DNA of 57,321 nt from Thermoplasmata archaeon (lineage in GTDB: Archaea; Thermoplasmatota; SW-10-69-26; JACQPN01; JAJPHT01), in NCBI GenBank assembly GCA_034667685.1, contig JAXDQU010000078.1, positions 1 to 57,321 of the forward strand, given 5' to 3'. This document shows positions 1 to 9,340 of the stretch, in pieces (positions within the stretch are counted from its first letter, which is position 1; each line of letters begins with the position of its first letter). Position numbers and translations under genes: made by a program. A model generated the notes under the pieces. That model worked only from the letters and a program-made list of their open reading frames with translations. It searched no databases and had not been told where the DNA came from.

Positions 1-4
1 GCGG

Positions 5-91
5 CGCTTCGCTGACCGCCAACACGCCATCACGCCAAGACGCCAACACGCCGCGTGTTGGCGTCTTTGCGTGATGGCGGAAAGCGAAGCG
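5..91. repeat. Long palindrome built from an 8-nt unit (CGCCAnnA x4)
   Basis: Arms 25-50 and 54-79 match 25/26 as reverse complements; outer arms CGCTTCGCT (5-13) and AGCGAAGCG (83-91). Confidence 0.85.
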
Positions 92-150
92 CGACCAGAC
101 GAGCGTCGGGTGTAACCACGCAAGGAAATTTCGCGTCACGATGACGGTGG

Positions 151-888
151 CTAGGGCCCCGGTGGATCGGCTTCCGGCCTCGCCGAGACGGCGAGCGTCG
201 GGAAGAGCCGCGCCAGCAGCCTTCGCGCCCGCTCCTCGGCCCGGCGCGGCGCCGAGACCACGGCGAAGGTGAGCGCCAGGGCGCAGAGCGTGACGAGCAC
301 CGAGTAGCCGGTCTCGACGGCGCCGACGTTCGCCACGATCTCCACGATCGTCAGCGCGAGCGCGCCGACGTTGTTCGCGGCGTGCAGGATGCTCGACACG
401 ATCGTCGAGGCCCAGCGCACGCGCGCATCGGGGAACGGCTCCAGCAGCGTGAACGTCACGACGGAGAGCCCGCACGTCCCCGCGTGGAACGCAATGCGCA
501 GCGCCATGAAGAGCGCGGGCTCATCCGAGTAGGTCAGGAAGTGCTCCAGCACGCCGAACGCCGCGCCGCTGGCCCAGCCGAAGGGGAGCCGCGCCCACGC
601 GGGGCGGATGCGCAGCAGCCCCACGAGCACGAGCACCGGGCCCAGCTTCGCCAGCTCCTCGAAGATCGGCGCGCCGATGACGAGCTGCCGCAGCACGCCG
701 CGCTGGAACAGGATGCCCAGCCAGCCCAGCGCGAAGAGGAGCGCGCCGAAGCCCACGGTGCGCGCCGGGACGCGCTCGAAGAACGTCGGCCCGCGCGGGG
801 GCGGCGGCGCGCGGACGTACGGCGCGGGGGCGGGAGGCGGGGGCGCGGTGGGCGGGGCCCACGTGATCGCGCCTCCGTCCGGGTCCAC
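151..888 (-). CDS. PrsW-family glutamic intramembrane protease
   Basis: Multi-TM protein with FEELAK (EExxK), FGVLEH, FHA and LHAANN (HxxxN) motifs. GTG start at 888 inferred because the upstream part of the track ORF runs through a repeat and the antisense of the next gene. Confidence 0.75.
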   Translation of the reverse strand: MDPDGGAITWAPPTAPPPPAPAPYVRAPPPPRGPTFFERVPARTVGFGALLFALGWLGILFQRGVLRQLVIGAPIFEELAKLGPVLVLVGLLRIRPAWARLPFGWASGAAFGVLEHFLTYSDEPALFMALRIAFHAGTCGLSVVTFTLLEPFPDARVRWASTIVSSILHAANNVGALALTIVEIVANVGAVETGYSVLVTLCALALTFAVVSAPRRAEERARRLLARLFPTLAVSARPEADPPGP

Positions 889-925
889 GCGCCCGGAACG
901 CTCGCTCCGCACTTCGCTCTTGCGA

Positions 926-979
926 GGGCAAGGGCATGGCCAAGTTCCTCGCGTCGGGAACTTGCCCGTGCCCTTGCCC
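926..979. repeat. Palindrome with 6-nt GGGCAA/TGCCCC units between divergent genes
   Basis: GGGCAAGGGCATGGCCAAGTTCC ... GGAACTTGCCCGTGCCCTTGCCC, 21/23 complementary, followed by extra TGCCCC units. Confidence 0.8.
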
Positions 980-1053
980 CTGCCCCTGCCCTCGCCCTCG
1001 GTTCGTCCATCGTCCCAACGATCCCATACCGGGGTCCGCGAACCGGGCGGCCC

Positions 1054-3207
1054 ATGCGTCTGTCGACCCCGCTCGCCGTCACCCTGGTGGCCCTCGCCTC
1101 GCTGCTCCCCGCGCAGGGCGGCGCGATCGCGAGCCAGGGAGCGGGCAGCGCGTTCCACGAGACGATGACGATCGACACGGCGCTCGCGCATCCCGCCAAG
1201 ACGTTCGAGGCGTTCGACACGGCGAGCCTGTCGCTCTACGACTTCAACGGCGACGGCCAGATGGAGATCGTCAGCAACAACGACAACAACCACTTCTACG
1301 TCCTCGACTCGCGCACCGGCGCGGTACTCTTCGAGGCGAACACCTCCCACCCCGGCGGCAACGCGTGGCCGGTGCGCGACATCAACCCGATCGCGGAGGG
1401 GAACCTCATGGGCGACGGGCGGCCGTGCATGGTGGTGCCCAGCGACGCCGCGCGGCTGGCCGCCTGGTGCTACGACGCCGCGCTCTCAACGCCCACCTCG
1501 TTCAACTTCACGAAGGAATGGGACATCGTCATCGACGCGGCGCTCTACGAGCCCAACTTCAAGCAGAGCCACCCGTGGATGTACTACCCCGACAACGGGA
1601 CGCTGATGCCACAGTACCAGGTGGGCAGCGACGGCGACGCCTTCATGGCCGACGTGGACGGCACGGGCTGCAAGTACGTCTTCGCGGAGACGGACGGCTA
1701 TCCGGGCCAGCTCGCCTTCGACTGCCACGGCCACTACAAGTGGTCCGTCTCGTGGTTCGACGGCAACGCGGGCGCGACCGTCGTCGACCTGATGCACGAC
1801 GGCCACAAGTCGGCCTGCTTCGCCTCGGACGCGGGGGAGATCGCCTGCTACGACGCCAAGACGGGCGCCAGCAAGTGGATCTTCCGCGCGCGCGACCACG
1901 GCGCCTACCCGGGCAGCGTGCCCGTGGCGCCCGCGTATGCGGACCTCTACGGCAACGGCCAGCTCTACACGTTCTTCGGCGCGCGCAACGCCGTCTGGGA
2001 CCCGACGAACCCGACCGCGGACCCGCTCATGGACCAGACCGGGAACGACTCGAAGTACCCCAACTGGATCAACGACTCGCACGCCGTCTACTACGAGCTC
2101 GACCCGCACGGCAACATGGTCTGGAACGTCAGCTACGACTGGATGAACCCGCTCACGTACAACCACCCGGCGAGCATCGACGTCAACGGCGACGGCGTGC
2201 TCGACTTCGTCGTGCTCGACTGGAACACCATCGGCCACAAGCCGGGCAACTGGGAGACGACGAACCGCAGCAGCAACCTCTTCGCGCTCGATGGGCGCGA
2301 CGGCTCGCTGATCTGGCGCACGGGCGTGCCCATCTACTGGAGCAACAAGGACTTCGTGATCGCGGACGCCGACGGCGACGGCAAGATGGACGTCATCTGC
2401 GACGAGCCCAAGCTCGGCCTCGACGGCCTGGGCGTCTACGACCTCGCCACAGGCAAGGAGAAGGGCTGGTTCCCCTTCGGCGACGGCTGGGGCGTGAACC
2501 GCGGCCCCGTCGCGGGCGACCTGTACGGCGACGGCCATCTCTACCTCGTGGTGCCCGCCGCGAAGCGCCTCACGACGCCCAACTACCGGAGCCTCGACGT
2601 GGGCTACCGCGAGGGCGAGCTGCACGTCGTCGACACGGGCCAGGCGTACGACGTGAAGTTCAGCGCGAACTTCCAGCTCTCCGACGACCAGAAGGACGTC
2701 ACGCAGCACGGCAGCGGCGGCGCGGGCCCCACGAAGCCCGGCGCGCCCCAGAACGTCGTCGCCACCGCCAGCGGGCCCGACGTGATGCTATCATGGGCCC
2801 CGCCCCCGAAAAGCGGCGGCGCGGCGGTGACCGGCTACGTCGTCTACCGCGACGGGCAGCGCGCCGCCAACGTCTCCGCCACCTCGTGGACCGACGCGGG
2901 CGCGCCGACCGGAACGCACACGTACACGGTGGCGGCCGTGAACTCCGTCGGCGAGGGCGACGCGTCGAGCGCCGCCACCGCGACGGTGAGCAACGCGCCC
3001 CCGCCGTCCAGCTCGACGCCGCCGCCCCCGAGCAGCAGCACGCCGCCCACGGGCACGACGCCCTCCACGACGCCGCCCTCGGGCACGCCGGCCAGCCCCA
3101 CCGAGAGCGCCTCGACGTCGCCCGCCAACGCCGTGCCGTTCGTCGGCGTCGGCGCGGGCGTCGCGGTGCTCGCCGTCGCGGCGCTGGCGCTGCGCAAGCG
3201 CGGGTGA
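1054..3207 (+). CDS. Secreted FG-GAP/VCBS beta-propeller protein with FN3 domain, P/S/T linker and C-terminal TM + basic tail
   Basis: Signal peptide MRLSTPLAVTLVALA; DxNGDG/DADGDG repeats; FN3 (PGAPQNV...LSW...YTVAAVN..GEG); ends VPFVGVGAGVAVLAVAALALRKRG. Confidence 0.85.
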   Translation: MRLSTPLAVTLVALASLLPAQGGAIASQGAGSAFHETMTIDTALAHPAKTFEAFDTASLSLYDFNGDGQMEIVSNNDNNHFYVLDSRTGAVLFEANTSHPGGNAWPVRDINPIAEGNLMGDGRPCMVVPSDAARLAAWCYDAALSTPTSFNFTKEWDIVIDAALYEPNFKQSHPWMYYPDNGTLMPQYQVGSDGDAFMADVDGTGCKYVFAETDGYPGQLAFDCHGHYKWSVSWFDGNAGATVVDLMHDGHKSACFASDAGEIACYDAKTGASKWIFRARDHGAYPGSVPVAPAYADLYGNGQLYTFFGARNAVWDPTNPTADPLMDQTGNDSKYPNWINDSHAVYYELDPHGNMVWNVSYDWMNPLTYNHPASIDVNGDGVLDFVVLDWNTIGHKPGNWETTNRSSNLFALDGRDGSLIWRTGVPIYWSNKDFVIADADGDGKMDVICDEPKLGLDGLGVYDLATGKEKGWFPFGDGWGVNRGPVAGDLYGDGHLYLVVPAAKRLTTPNYRSLDVGYREGELHVVDTGQAYDVKFSANFQLSDDQKDVTQHGSGGAGPTKPGAPQNVVATASGPDVMLSWAPPPKSGGAAVTGYVVYRDGQRAANVSATSWTDAGAPTGTHTYTVAAVNSVGEGDASSAATATVSNAPPPSSSTPPPPSSSTPPTGTTPSTTPPSGTPASPTESASTSPANAVPFVGVGAGVAVLAVAALALRKRG

Positions 3208-3210
3208 GCC

Positions 3211-4836
3211 ATGCGCGTCGTGACGCTGGCGCTCGCGCTCCTGCTCGCGGTGCCCGTGGGCGCGGCGGCCTCCAACGCCGCGTCGGGCTGGCGCGCGGCG
3301 CGCCTGATCACGAGCGCGGACGCGGGCCCCGCGAAGCGCTTCGAGGCGTTCGACACGGCGAGCCTCGTCCTCGCGGACGTCGACGGCGACGGGCGCCAGG
3401 AGGTCGTGACGCAGAACGACAACAACCACGTCTACGTCCTCGACGCCGCGCGCGGCCGCATCCTCGCGGAGCTGACGACGACGCACCCGGGCAACGACTC
3501 GTGGGGCGCGCGTGACATCAACCCCGTGAGCGTGGGGCGCCTGGAGCCGGGCGGGCCGATCTGCCTCGTCGTGCCCAACGGCGCGGGCTACGTCTCCGCG
3601 TGGTGCTATCAGGGCAAGGACCTCGTGACCGGCCGGCTCCGCTTCCAGGAGCGCTGGGAGATCGATGCCTCGCCCTGGCTCTACGAGAAGGGGTACGCCG
3701 CCGCGCACCCGTGGGTGGACACGACGCAACGTCCGGGGCTCGATGGCGATGCGTTCCTCGCCGACGTGACGGGCGATGGCCGCCCCGAGGTCTTCCTGGA
3801 GACGGACGGTCCCGCGGGGCAGCTTTCGTTCGGGCCCGACGGCAAGTACCGCTGGAGCACGAGCATGTGGGACGGCAACGCGGGCGCGGTCGTCGCCGAT
3901 CTGAAGGCGGACGGCAGGAAGGAGGCCGTCTTCGCGAGCGACGCCGGCGTCATCAGCGTCTACGACGCGAAGGCGGGCAAGCTGCTCTGGACCTTCGACG
4001 CGCGTCAGCACGGCGCGGCGCCCGGCAGCATCCCCGTCCCGCCGCTGGCTGCCGATATCACGGGCGACGGCAAGCCCGAGATCGTCTTCGCGGCGCGCGA
4101 CGCGCACGACGCGGCCAACGTCATGAACGACCACGCGACGTGGTTCGCGCTCGCGGGCGACGGGAAGCTGCTCTGGGCCACCAGCGCGCCGTGGATGAAC
4201 CCGCTCTCCTACGACCACCCGGCCGCACTCGACGTCAACGGCGACGGCGTGAAGGACGTCGTGGCGCTCGACTGGAACACCATCGGCCACAAGCCGGGCA
4301 ACTGGGAGACGACGGGCCGGCCCAGCAACCTCTTCGCGCTCGACGGCCGTACCGGCAAGCCGATCTGGCACGTTCCCGTGGACGTCGACTGGAGCAACAA
4401 GGACTTCGTCGTCCTCGGCCACGACATCATCCTCGACGAGCGGCGCGACGGCGTCGAGGGGCTGGGCGTGCGGAGCCTCGCGGGGGGCGGCCCGACCGGC
4501 TTCTTCCCGCTGCCCGCGGGCTGGAGCGCGATGCGCGGGCCCGTCGCGGGCGACGTGGACGGCGACGGCCTGGTCGACCTCGTCGTCCCGCTCGCGCGCC
4601 CCGACGCGGCGCCGAACTACCGAACGCTCGACGTGGGCCACCGCGAGGGCGCGCTGCTCGTGGTCGCCACCGGCTCCCGCGCGCCCCTCGCGTGGTCCGC
4701 CGACATCCTGGGCAACGACGTGGCGTGCTGCGGCGCCCGGACGCTCTCGTGGACCCAGCGGCTCGTGCCGGGGATCGCCGTGGCGCCGGTCCTGGCGGCC
4801 GTCGCGCTGTTATCCTTGGCGCGCCGACGGCGATGA
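3211..4836 (+). CDS. Secreted FG-GAP/VCBS beta-propeller protein, paralogue of the upstream gene
   Basis: Signal peptide; DVDGDG repeats; shares FEAFDTASL, DWNTIGHKPGNWETT and WSNKDFV with the upstream gene; ends VPGIAVAPVLAAVALLSLARRRR. Confidence 0.85.
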   Translation: MRVVTLALALLLAVPVGAAASNAASGWRAARLITSADAGPAKRFEAFDTASLVLADVDGDGRQEVVTQNDNNHVYVLDAARGRILAELTTTHPGNDSWGARDINPVSVGRLEPGGPICLVVPNGAGYVSAWCYQGKDLVTGRLRFQERWEIDASPWLYEKGYAAAHPWVDTTQRPGLDGDAFLADVTGDGRPEVFLETDGPAGQLSFGPDGKYRWSTSMWDGNAGAVVADLKADGRKEAVFASDAGVISVYDAKAGKLLWTFDARQHGAAPGSIPVPPLAADITGDGKPEIVFAARDAHDAANVMNDHATWFALAGDGKLLWATSAPWMNPLSYDHPAALDVNGDGVKDVVALDWNTIGHKPGNWETTGRPSNLFALDGRTGKPIWHVPVDVDWSNKDFVVLGHDIILDERRDGVEGLGVRSLAGGGPTGFFPLPAGWSAMRGPVAGDVDGDGLVDLVVPLARPDAAPNYRTLDVGHREGALLVVATGSRAPLAWSADILGNDVACCGARTLSWTQRLVPGIAVAPVLAAVALLSLARRRR

Positions 4837-4873
4837 GGTCAAGCTTCCAGCGCGCCTGGATCGGAGCGTGGCG

Positions 4874-5722
4874 ATGCCCGAGCGCCGCGCGCTGCTGGTC
4901 GAGGACGACGCGACGTTCCGAACGCTCGTCCGCGACGCGCTGGTCCAGCGCGGCTGGCGCGTGGACGAGGCCGCGAGCGCCCTGGAGGCCGACGCGCGGC
5001 TCGCGGCGCGGCGTTACGAGGTCGTCGTGCTCGACTTCGGGCTGCCCGACCGAGACGGGGTTGCGTGCCTGGAGCGTTGGCGCGCCCTGGGCCTGGAGAC
5101 GCCCGTGCTGGGGCTCACCGGCGCGGAGTCCGACGCGGTCATCGAGGCGATGGTGCTGGCCGGCGCGCACGAGGTCCTCGACAAGCGCCGCTTCTCGCTG
5201 CCCAAGCTCCTCGAAGCGATCGACGCGACCGGCGGCCCCTCGGGCTTCCCCGAGCGCGACCTGCCCCCCTTGCCCCGCCGCGCGCCCGCCGGCCCCGCGC
5301 CGTTCCCGCGCCGGCGGCACGACGGGCAGCGCGCGCTGATCGTGGACGACACCGCCGTCACGCGGGCGAGCGTCCGGCGCGCGCTGGAGGCCGACGGCTG
5401 GCGCGTCGAGGAGGCGGGAGACGCCGCGGCGGCGCTCGCGCGCGACGTGGGCTCCTTCGATCTGCTCGTGGTCGACTACCTGCTCCCCGACGTGGACGGC
5501 GCCGCGCTCATCGAGGAGCTTCGAGAGGCCGGCGCGCACGGGGCCGTGCTCGCCACGACCGCGCACGGCAGCGAGGAGGCGGCGCTCGCCCTCGTCGCGG
5601 CGGGCGCCGACGCGCTGCTCCCCAAGACCGGCTGGGACGGCGAGAGGCTGCGGGCTGCGGCAGAAGAGGCATGCGCGGCGCGCGGGCCGCGATGGGACGA
5701 CGCGACGCGCCGGATCACGTGA
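4874..5722 (+). CDS. Response regulator with two receiver domains and no output domain
   Basis: LLVEDD..VLDFGLPD..LTG..LDK and LIVDDT..VVDYLLPD..TTAH..LPK. Confidence 0.85.
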   Translation: MPERRALLVEDDATFRTLVRDALVQRGWRVDEAASALEADARLAARRYEVVVLDFGLPDRDGVACLERWRALGLETPVLGLTGAESDAVIEAMVLAGAHEVLDKRRFSLPKLLEAIDATGGPSGFPERDLPPLPRRAPAGPAPFPRRRHDGQRALIVDDTAVTRASVRRALEADGWRVEEAGDAAAALARDVGSFDLLVVDYLLPDVDGAALIEELREAGAHGAVLATTAHGSEEAALALVAAGADALLPKTGWDGERLRAAAEEACAARGPRWDDATRRIT

Positions 5723-6383
5723 TCAGGTCGAGCGCGTTCTCGATGCGGTTCAGCTCGGGGCCGGTCGTCAGCGAGCCGATGGCCGCGCCCTTGCTGTTCG
5801 CCACGAGCCCGGCGCCGATGAACGGCGCGCCGTGGTTCACGGTCCCGATGTCGGCCTCGACCTTCAGGAGCGACTCCAGGAGGTCGAGCTCGGCGTCCGC
5901 CGTCTTCGGGTGGCAGAGCACGCCCTTCTGCGTGACGCACGCCGCGGAGCCCACGGTCTTGATGCCCGCGAGCGTCCCCTTCTCGACGGGGACGCCCAGC
6001 ACGTCCGAGACCTGCTTCTCGGCCTGCTTCGAGAAGTCGGGGTTGAGGAACGCGCCGTGGTCGTTGCAGAGGATGTTGTTCCCCGCCGCGTTGAACTTGC
6101 CCGCGACGCGCCCGACCTTGAGGTCGAGCTTCTCCAGGATCGCGACCTCGTCCTCGGAGGCGAAGTCCGCGACGATCGCGCCGCGTCCGTTCATCGCGAC
6201 CACGGAGCCGAGGATGTTCGAGCCGCCGATCGTCAGCTCCACGAGGTCCACGCCGAGCGCCTCGCGGAGCTTGCGCTGCAGGTCGTCGGGGACCGCGGGG
6301 GGCACCAGGACCAAGCGATCGTTGGCCCTGGCGAACACCCCGACGTAGGGGCTGCCGTTGAGGTCGAGCTGGAAGATGCCCAC
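5715..6383 (-). CDS. eif6: Translation initiation factor 6 (aIF6)
   Basis: SPYVGVF, GSNILGS, AGNNILCND, GTVNHG...GLVANSKG..IG..TTGPEL..IE; follows rpl31e. Confidence 0.97.
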   Translation of the reverse strand: MGIFQLDLNGSPYVGVFARANDRLVLVPPAVPDDLQRKLREALGVDLVELTIGGSNILGSVVAMNGRGAIVADFASEDEVAILEKLDLKVGRVAGKFNAAGNNILCNDHGAFLNPDFSKQAEKQVSDVLGVPVEKGTLAGIKTVGSAACVTQKGVLCHPKTADAELDLLESLLKVEADIGTVNHGAPFIGAGLVANSKGAAIGSLTTGPELNRIENALDLIT

Positions 6384-6390
6384 TGGAGGC

Positions 6391-6654
6391 TCACGCCTCG
6401 GGCATGCTGACTTCGACCACGCCGTCGTCGAAGCGGATGGCCTTGACGCGGATGCGGCGCGGCGGCTTCTGGATGCCGCGGGCCCAGACGGCCTCGTTGA
6501 CGGGGTTGTCGATCCAGATCTTGTCTTCCTCGCTCTTCATGTGGCGGGCGAGGAAGATCTTGATCTCCTTGACGGCGCGGTTCGCGCGCTTGCCACGGGG
6601 GGCGAGGCTCGCGTTGCGCAGGGGGATGGTGTAGATACGCTCGAGTTCAGCCAT
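6391..6654 (-). CDS. rpl31e: 50S ribosomal protein L31e
   Basis: ERIYTIPLR...RANRAVK...RHMK...NEAVWARGIQKPPRRIRVK. Confidence 0.97.
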   Translation of the reverse strand: MAELERIYTIPLRNASLAPRGKRANRAVKEIKIFLARHMKSEEDKIWIDNPVNEAVWARGIQKPPRRIRVKAIRFDDGVVEVSMPEA

Positions 6655-6659
6655 TCAGA

Positions 6660-6809
6660 TCACTTCTGCATGTGGCTCTTGCGCCAGTGGTGGCGCTTGG
6701 GGTGGTTCTGGAACTTGCGGTTCGTGCGCTGGATGATCCAGGCAGGGACGCGCCGGTTCCCCTTGGCGGCGGCGGCAAGGCGGAGCTTGCGTCCGAGGGC
6801 GTTGGGCAT
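6660..6809 (-). CDS. rpl39e: 50S ribosomal protein L39e (not in the ORF track)
   Basis: Hand translation [49 protein letters not shown]; canonical position upstream of rpl31e. Confidence 0.93.
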   Translation of the reverse strand: MPNALGRKLRLAAAAKGNRRVPAWIIQRTNRKFQNHPKRHHWRKSHMQK

Positions 6810-6815
6810 AGTGAG

Positions 6816-7151
6816 TCATCTCCGTTCGATCGTGGTGTCGCGTTGCTTGGGGGTGACCCGCGCCAGGAGCTGGCGGAGGGTCTCGTCGTCGATGCGGCGC
6901 TGGACGCGGCCTTGCTGGTAGAGCATGACGAGCTGCTGCTCGAGGCTCTCGGCGATCTCCGGGCGCGCCATGCGGACGCGCGTGAGCCGCTCGCGGGCCT
7001 CCGGCTCGAGGATGGCGCGCAGGATCACGTCCCGCTGCTGCGCCTGCTCCGCGCGGGCGGCCTGGGCCTGCTGCTCGCCGTGGGCCTGCTGCTGAAGCTC
7101 GGCGAGCTTCCGGCGGCGGAGTTCTTCGAGCTGGTCGTCGTCCGTGGCCAT
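6816..7151 (-). CDS. PDCD5/TFAR19-family DNA-binding protein
   Basis: LEELRRRKLAELQ...ILEPEARERL..VRMARPE...I.RR; canonical neighbour of rps19e. Confidence 0.93.
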   Translation of the reverse strand: MATDDDQLEELRRRKLAELQQQAHGEQQAQAARAEQAQQRDVILRAILEPEARERLTRVRMARPEIAESLEQQLVMLYQQGRVQRRIDDETLRQLLARVTPKQRDTTIERR

Positions 7152-7161
7152 GTGATATCAC

Positions 7162-7614
7162 TCAGTACTTCGCCAGGCCCGCGATCTGGGGCTGGATGGT
7201 CTGGCGGACCTCGTGGGCCGCGTTGTCGAGGAGGCTGCGGCCCTTCGCGGACACGCGGCGGCCCTCGCCCTTCACGTTCTCGACGAGGCCGCTCTTCTCG
7301 AGCTGCTGCAGGCACTCGCGGATGACGGAGCCGCTGCCCTTCTTGGCGCGGTTGGGCTTGCTGCCGCGGTCGCGGGCGCCGCCGAACTCGCTGCGGAGGC
7401 GCTCGGTGCCGACGGGGCCCATCACGTACACCTTGCGGAGGACGGCGGCCGCGCGGACGTGCCACCAGTCGGCCTCGACCGGGGGCTTCTCCGCGTGGAT
7501 GCCGGTGGTGACGAAGGGCGCCCAGGCGGGGGGCGCGACACCCTTCTCGCCCTTGAGCTTGCCCGCGACGCTCCGGATGAGCGGCTCGGCGGGGACATCG
7601 TAGACAGTCGTCAT
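7162..7614 (-). CDS. rps19e: 30S ribosomal protein S19e
   Basis: MTTVYDVP...WWHVRAAAVLRKVY..GPVG...GSGSVIR..LQQLE. Confidence 0.97.
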   Translation of the reverse strand: MTTVYDVPAEPLIRSVAGKLKGEKGVAPPAWAPFVTTGIHAEKPPVEADWWHVRAAAVLRKVYVMGPVGTERLRSEFGGARDRGSKPNRAKKGSGSVIRECLQQLEKSGLVENVKGEGRRVSAKGRSLLDNAAHEVRQTIQPQIAGLAKY

Positions 7615-7722
7615 GGATCGGGACTCCTTTCTCGTCCGCCTCGTCCTGACGTGATCCCGGAGGATCGGCGCAGGCCCGACGCCGCTTGCGCGGCATCCGT
7701 GGAGCCGACGGCTCCCGGGCGG
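7615..7722 (-). ncRNA. Putative structured 5' leader (candidate r-leader) of rps19e
   Basis: Minus-strand stems GCCC/GGGC, GGAGCC-gtc-GGCTCC, GATGCCGC-GCAA-GCGGCGTC and GATCC-TCCG-GGATC lie between a TATA box and the start codon. Confidence 0.55.
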
Positions 7723-7743
7723 GAATCGGCCAATGGAGCGCCC

Positions 7744-7751
7744 CTATATAA
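7744..7751 (-). promoter_or_regulatory. Archaeal TATA box of the rps19e operon
   Basis: TTATATAG on the minus strand in a very GC-rich context, ~25 nt before the structured leader. Confidence 0.7.
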
Positions 7752-7930
7752 GATTCGCTGCGGGGTGGCGCGCGAGCGCATTCGGCATCAGGCTCGCCCT
7801 CCTGGGCGCCTCCCTGCTGCGCGACCGGGCTCCTTCCTAGGCGCGTCGCCTGCCGGCCGCCGACTTATACGACGAATCGCCGCAGGACGTAGGGAAGCGC
7901 TGATGCGAGGGGGCGCCCCATCGAATCCCG

Positions 7931-8902
7931 ATGGCGAAGCCCCACGATCACGACCACGGTCATGATCACGGCCACGCGCACGACCACGCGGCCGACATGC
8001 GCGAGATGGCGCGCGCGAACCGCAAGCGCCTCCTCTTCGTCATGGTGAGCGGCCTCGTCGTCATGACGGCCGAGATCGTCGGCGGCCTCCTCGCCAACTC
8101 GCTCGTGCTGCTCGCGGACGCGGCGCACTACGCGACCGACGTGCTGGCGGTGGGCATCGCGTTCCTCGCGCTCACGCTGGCGATGCGCCCCGCGACGCTC
8201 CAGAAGAGCTTCGGCTACCGGCGCGCGGAGGTGCTCGCGGCGCTGCTCAACGCGGCGGCCCTGTGGGGGATCAGCGTCTTCTTCGTCTTCGAGGCGTGGA
8301 GGCGCCTCGAGGCCCCGCCGGAGGTGGGCGGCAAGGTCGTGCTCCTCGTGGGCGGCTTCTCGCTCGTGGCGAACGGCGCGCTCGCGCTCGTCCTCGCTCG
8401 CGGCAGCGGGCACAACCTCAACATGCGCGCGGCGTACCTCCACATCCTCAGCGACGTGCTGGGCAGCGCGGCGGCGCTCGTGGCGGGCGCGGCCGTCACC
8501 TTCTTCGGCTGGCGCCTCGCGGACCCCGTGCTGACGCTCTTCATCACGCTGCTGATCCTCGTCTTCACGTGGCGCCTGACGAAGGAGACGCTGAACATCC
8601 TGCTCCAGGGGACGCCCGACACGGTGGACATGACGGAGCTGGAGCATGCCATCCGCGACGTCGCCGCCGTCAAGGAAGTCCACGAGCTCCACCTCTGGAG
8701 CCTCACGACCGGCACGGAGGTGCTGAGCGTCCACGTCGTCCTCGACGCGCCGCCCCAGGGCGACGCGGTCACGCACGACATCCACGAGAAGCTGAAGGCG
8801 CGGTTCAACATCGACCACGTCACGGTCCAGGTCGAGAGCCCCGAGTGTCCGTGCACGAGCGCGCGCTGCCACCCGGGCTCCCCGACGGCGCGAAGCGCGT
8901 GA
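7931..8902 (+). CDS. Cation diffusion facilitator (CzcD/ZitB-like metal exporter)
   Basis: His-rich N-terminus, LLADAAH, SFGYRRAEVLAAL, NMRAAYLHILSD, VHELHLW, HVTVQVE. Confidence 0.93.
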   Translation: MAKPHDHDHGHDHGHAHDHAADMREMARANRKRLLFVMVSGLVVMTAEIVGGLLANSLVLLADAAHYATDVLAVGIAFLALTLAMRPATLQKSFGYRRAEVLAALLNAAALWGISVFFVFEAWRRLEAPPEVGGKVVLLVGGFSLVANGALALVLARGSGHNLNMRAAYLHILSDVLGSAAALVAGAAVTFFGWRLADPVLTLFITLLILVFTWRLTKETLNILLQGTPDTVDMTELEHAIRDVAAVKEVHELHLWSLTTGTEVLSVHVVLDAPPQGDAVTHDIHEKLKARFNIDHVTVQVESPECPCTSARCHPGSPTARSA

Positions 8903-8944
8903 GACGGCCGGCCCGATCAGGGCGCCGCGACGAGCGCGCAGCGC

Positions 8945-9328
8945 TCAGGCGCCCGGCCACGCCTCGCGCAGCGGATGGCCCGCGTCGAGCGTCGCCTCGC
9001 CCGAGGCGCCCACGCGGCGCGCGTGCGAGAGCCAGGCCGCGCCGTGCCCCTCGTCCTCGTCGAGGAACATCGCCGCGACGTGCGCGACCTCGTGGCGGAT
9101 CGCTTCGAGAAGAAGGTCGCCCGCGACGTGCTTCGAGAGGAGGAACGGCTCCAGCCGGCGCCAAGCGCCCGCGCCGCGCGTGCGGGTCATGGAGAAGACG
9201 TCCAGCGTGTCCACGAGGACGACGCCGGGGAAGGGCGGGAGCGCGCCCGCGTACACGACGCGGTTGAGCCGCTCGTACTCGGCCTGGAACGCGGCGATCT
9301 GCACGGGGGGCGTGGCGCGCTCCTCCAC
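8945..9328 (-). CDS. SprT-like zinc metallopeptidase domain protein
   Basis: LN..VY.G.LP, HEVAH (HExxH) and GHG..W motifs. Confidence 0.65.
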   Translation of the reverse strand: MEERATPPVQIAAFQAEYERLNRVVYAGALPPFPGVVLVDTLDVFSMTRTRGAGAWRRLEPFLLSKHVAGDLLLEAIRHEVAHVAAMFLDEDEGHGAAWLSHARRVGASGEATLDAGHPLREAWPGA

Positions 9329-9340
9329 GTCAACCTTCCT

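Noticed and set aside
2990-3130. Low-complexity repeats here and at ~29530-29730
   Set aside because: Pro/Ser/Thr linkers of surface proteins.
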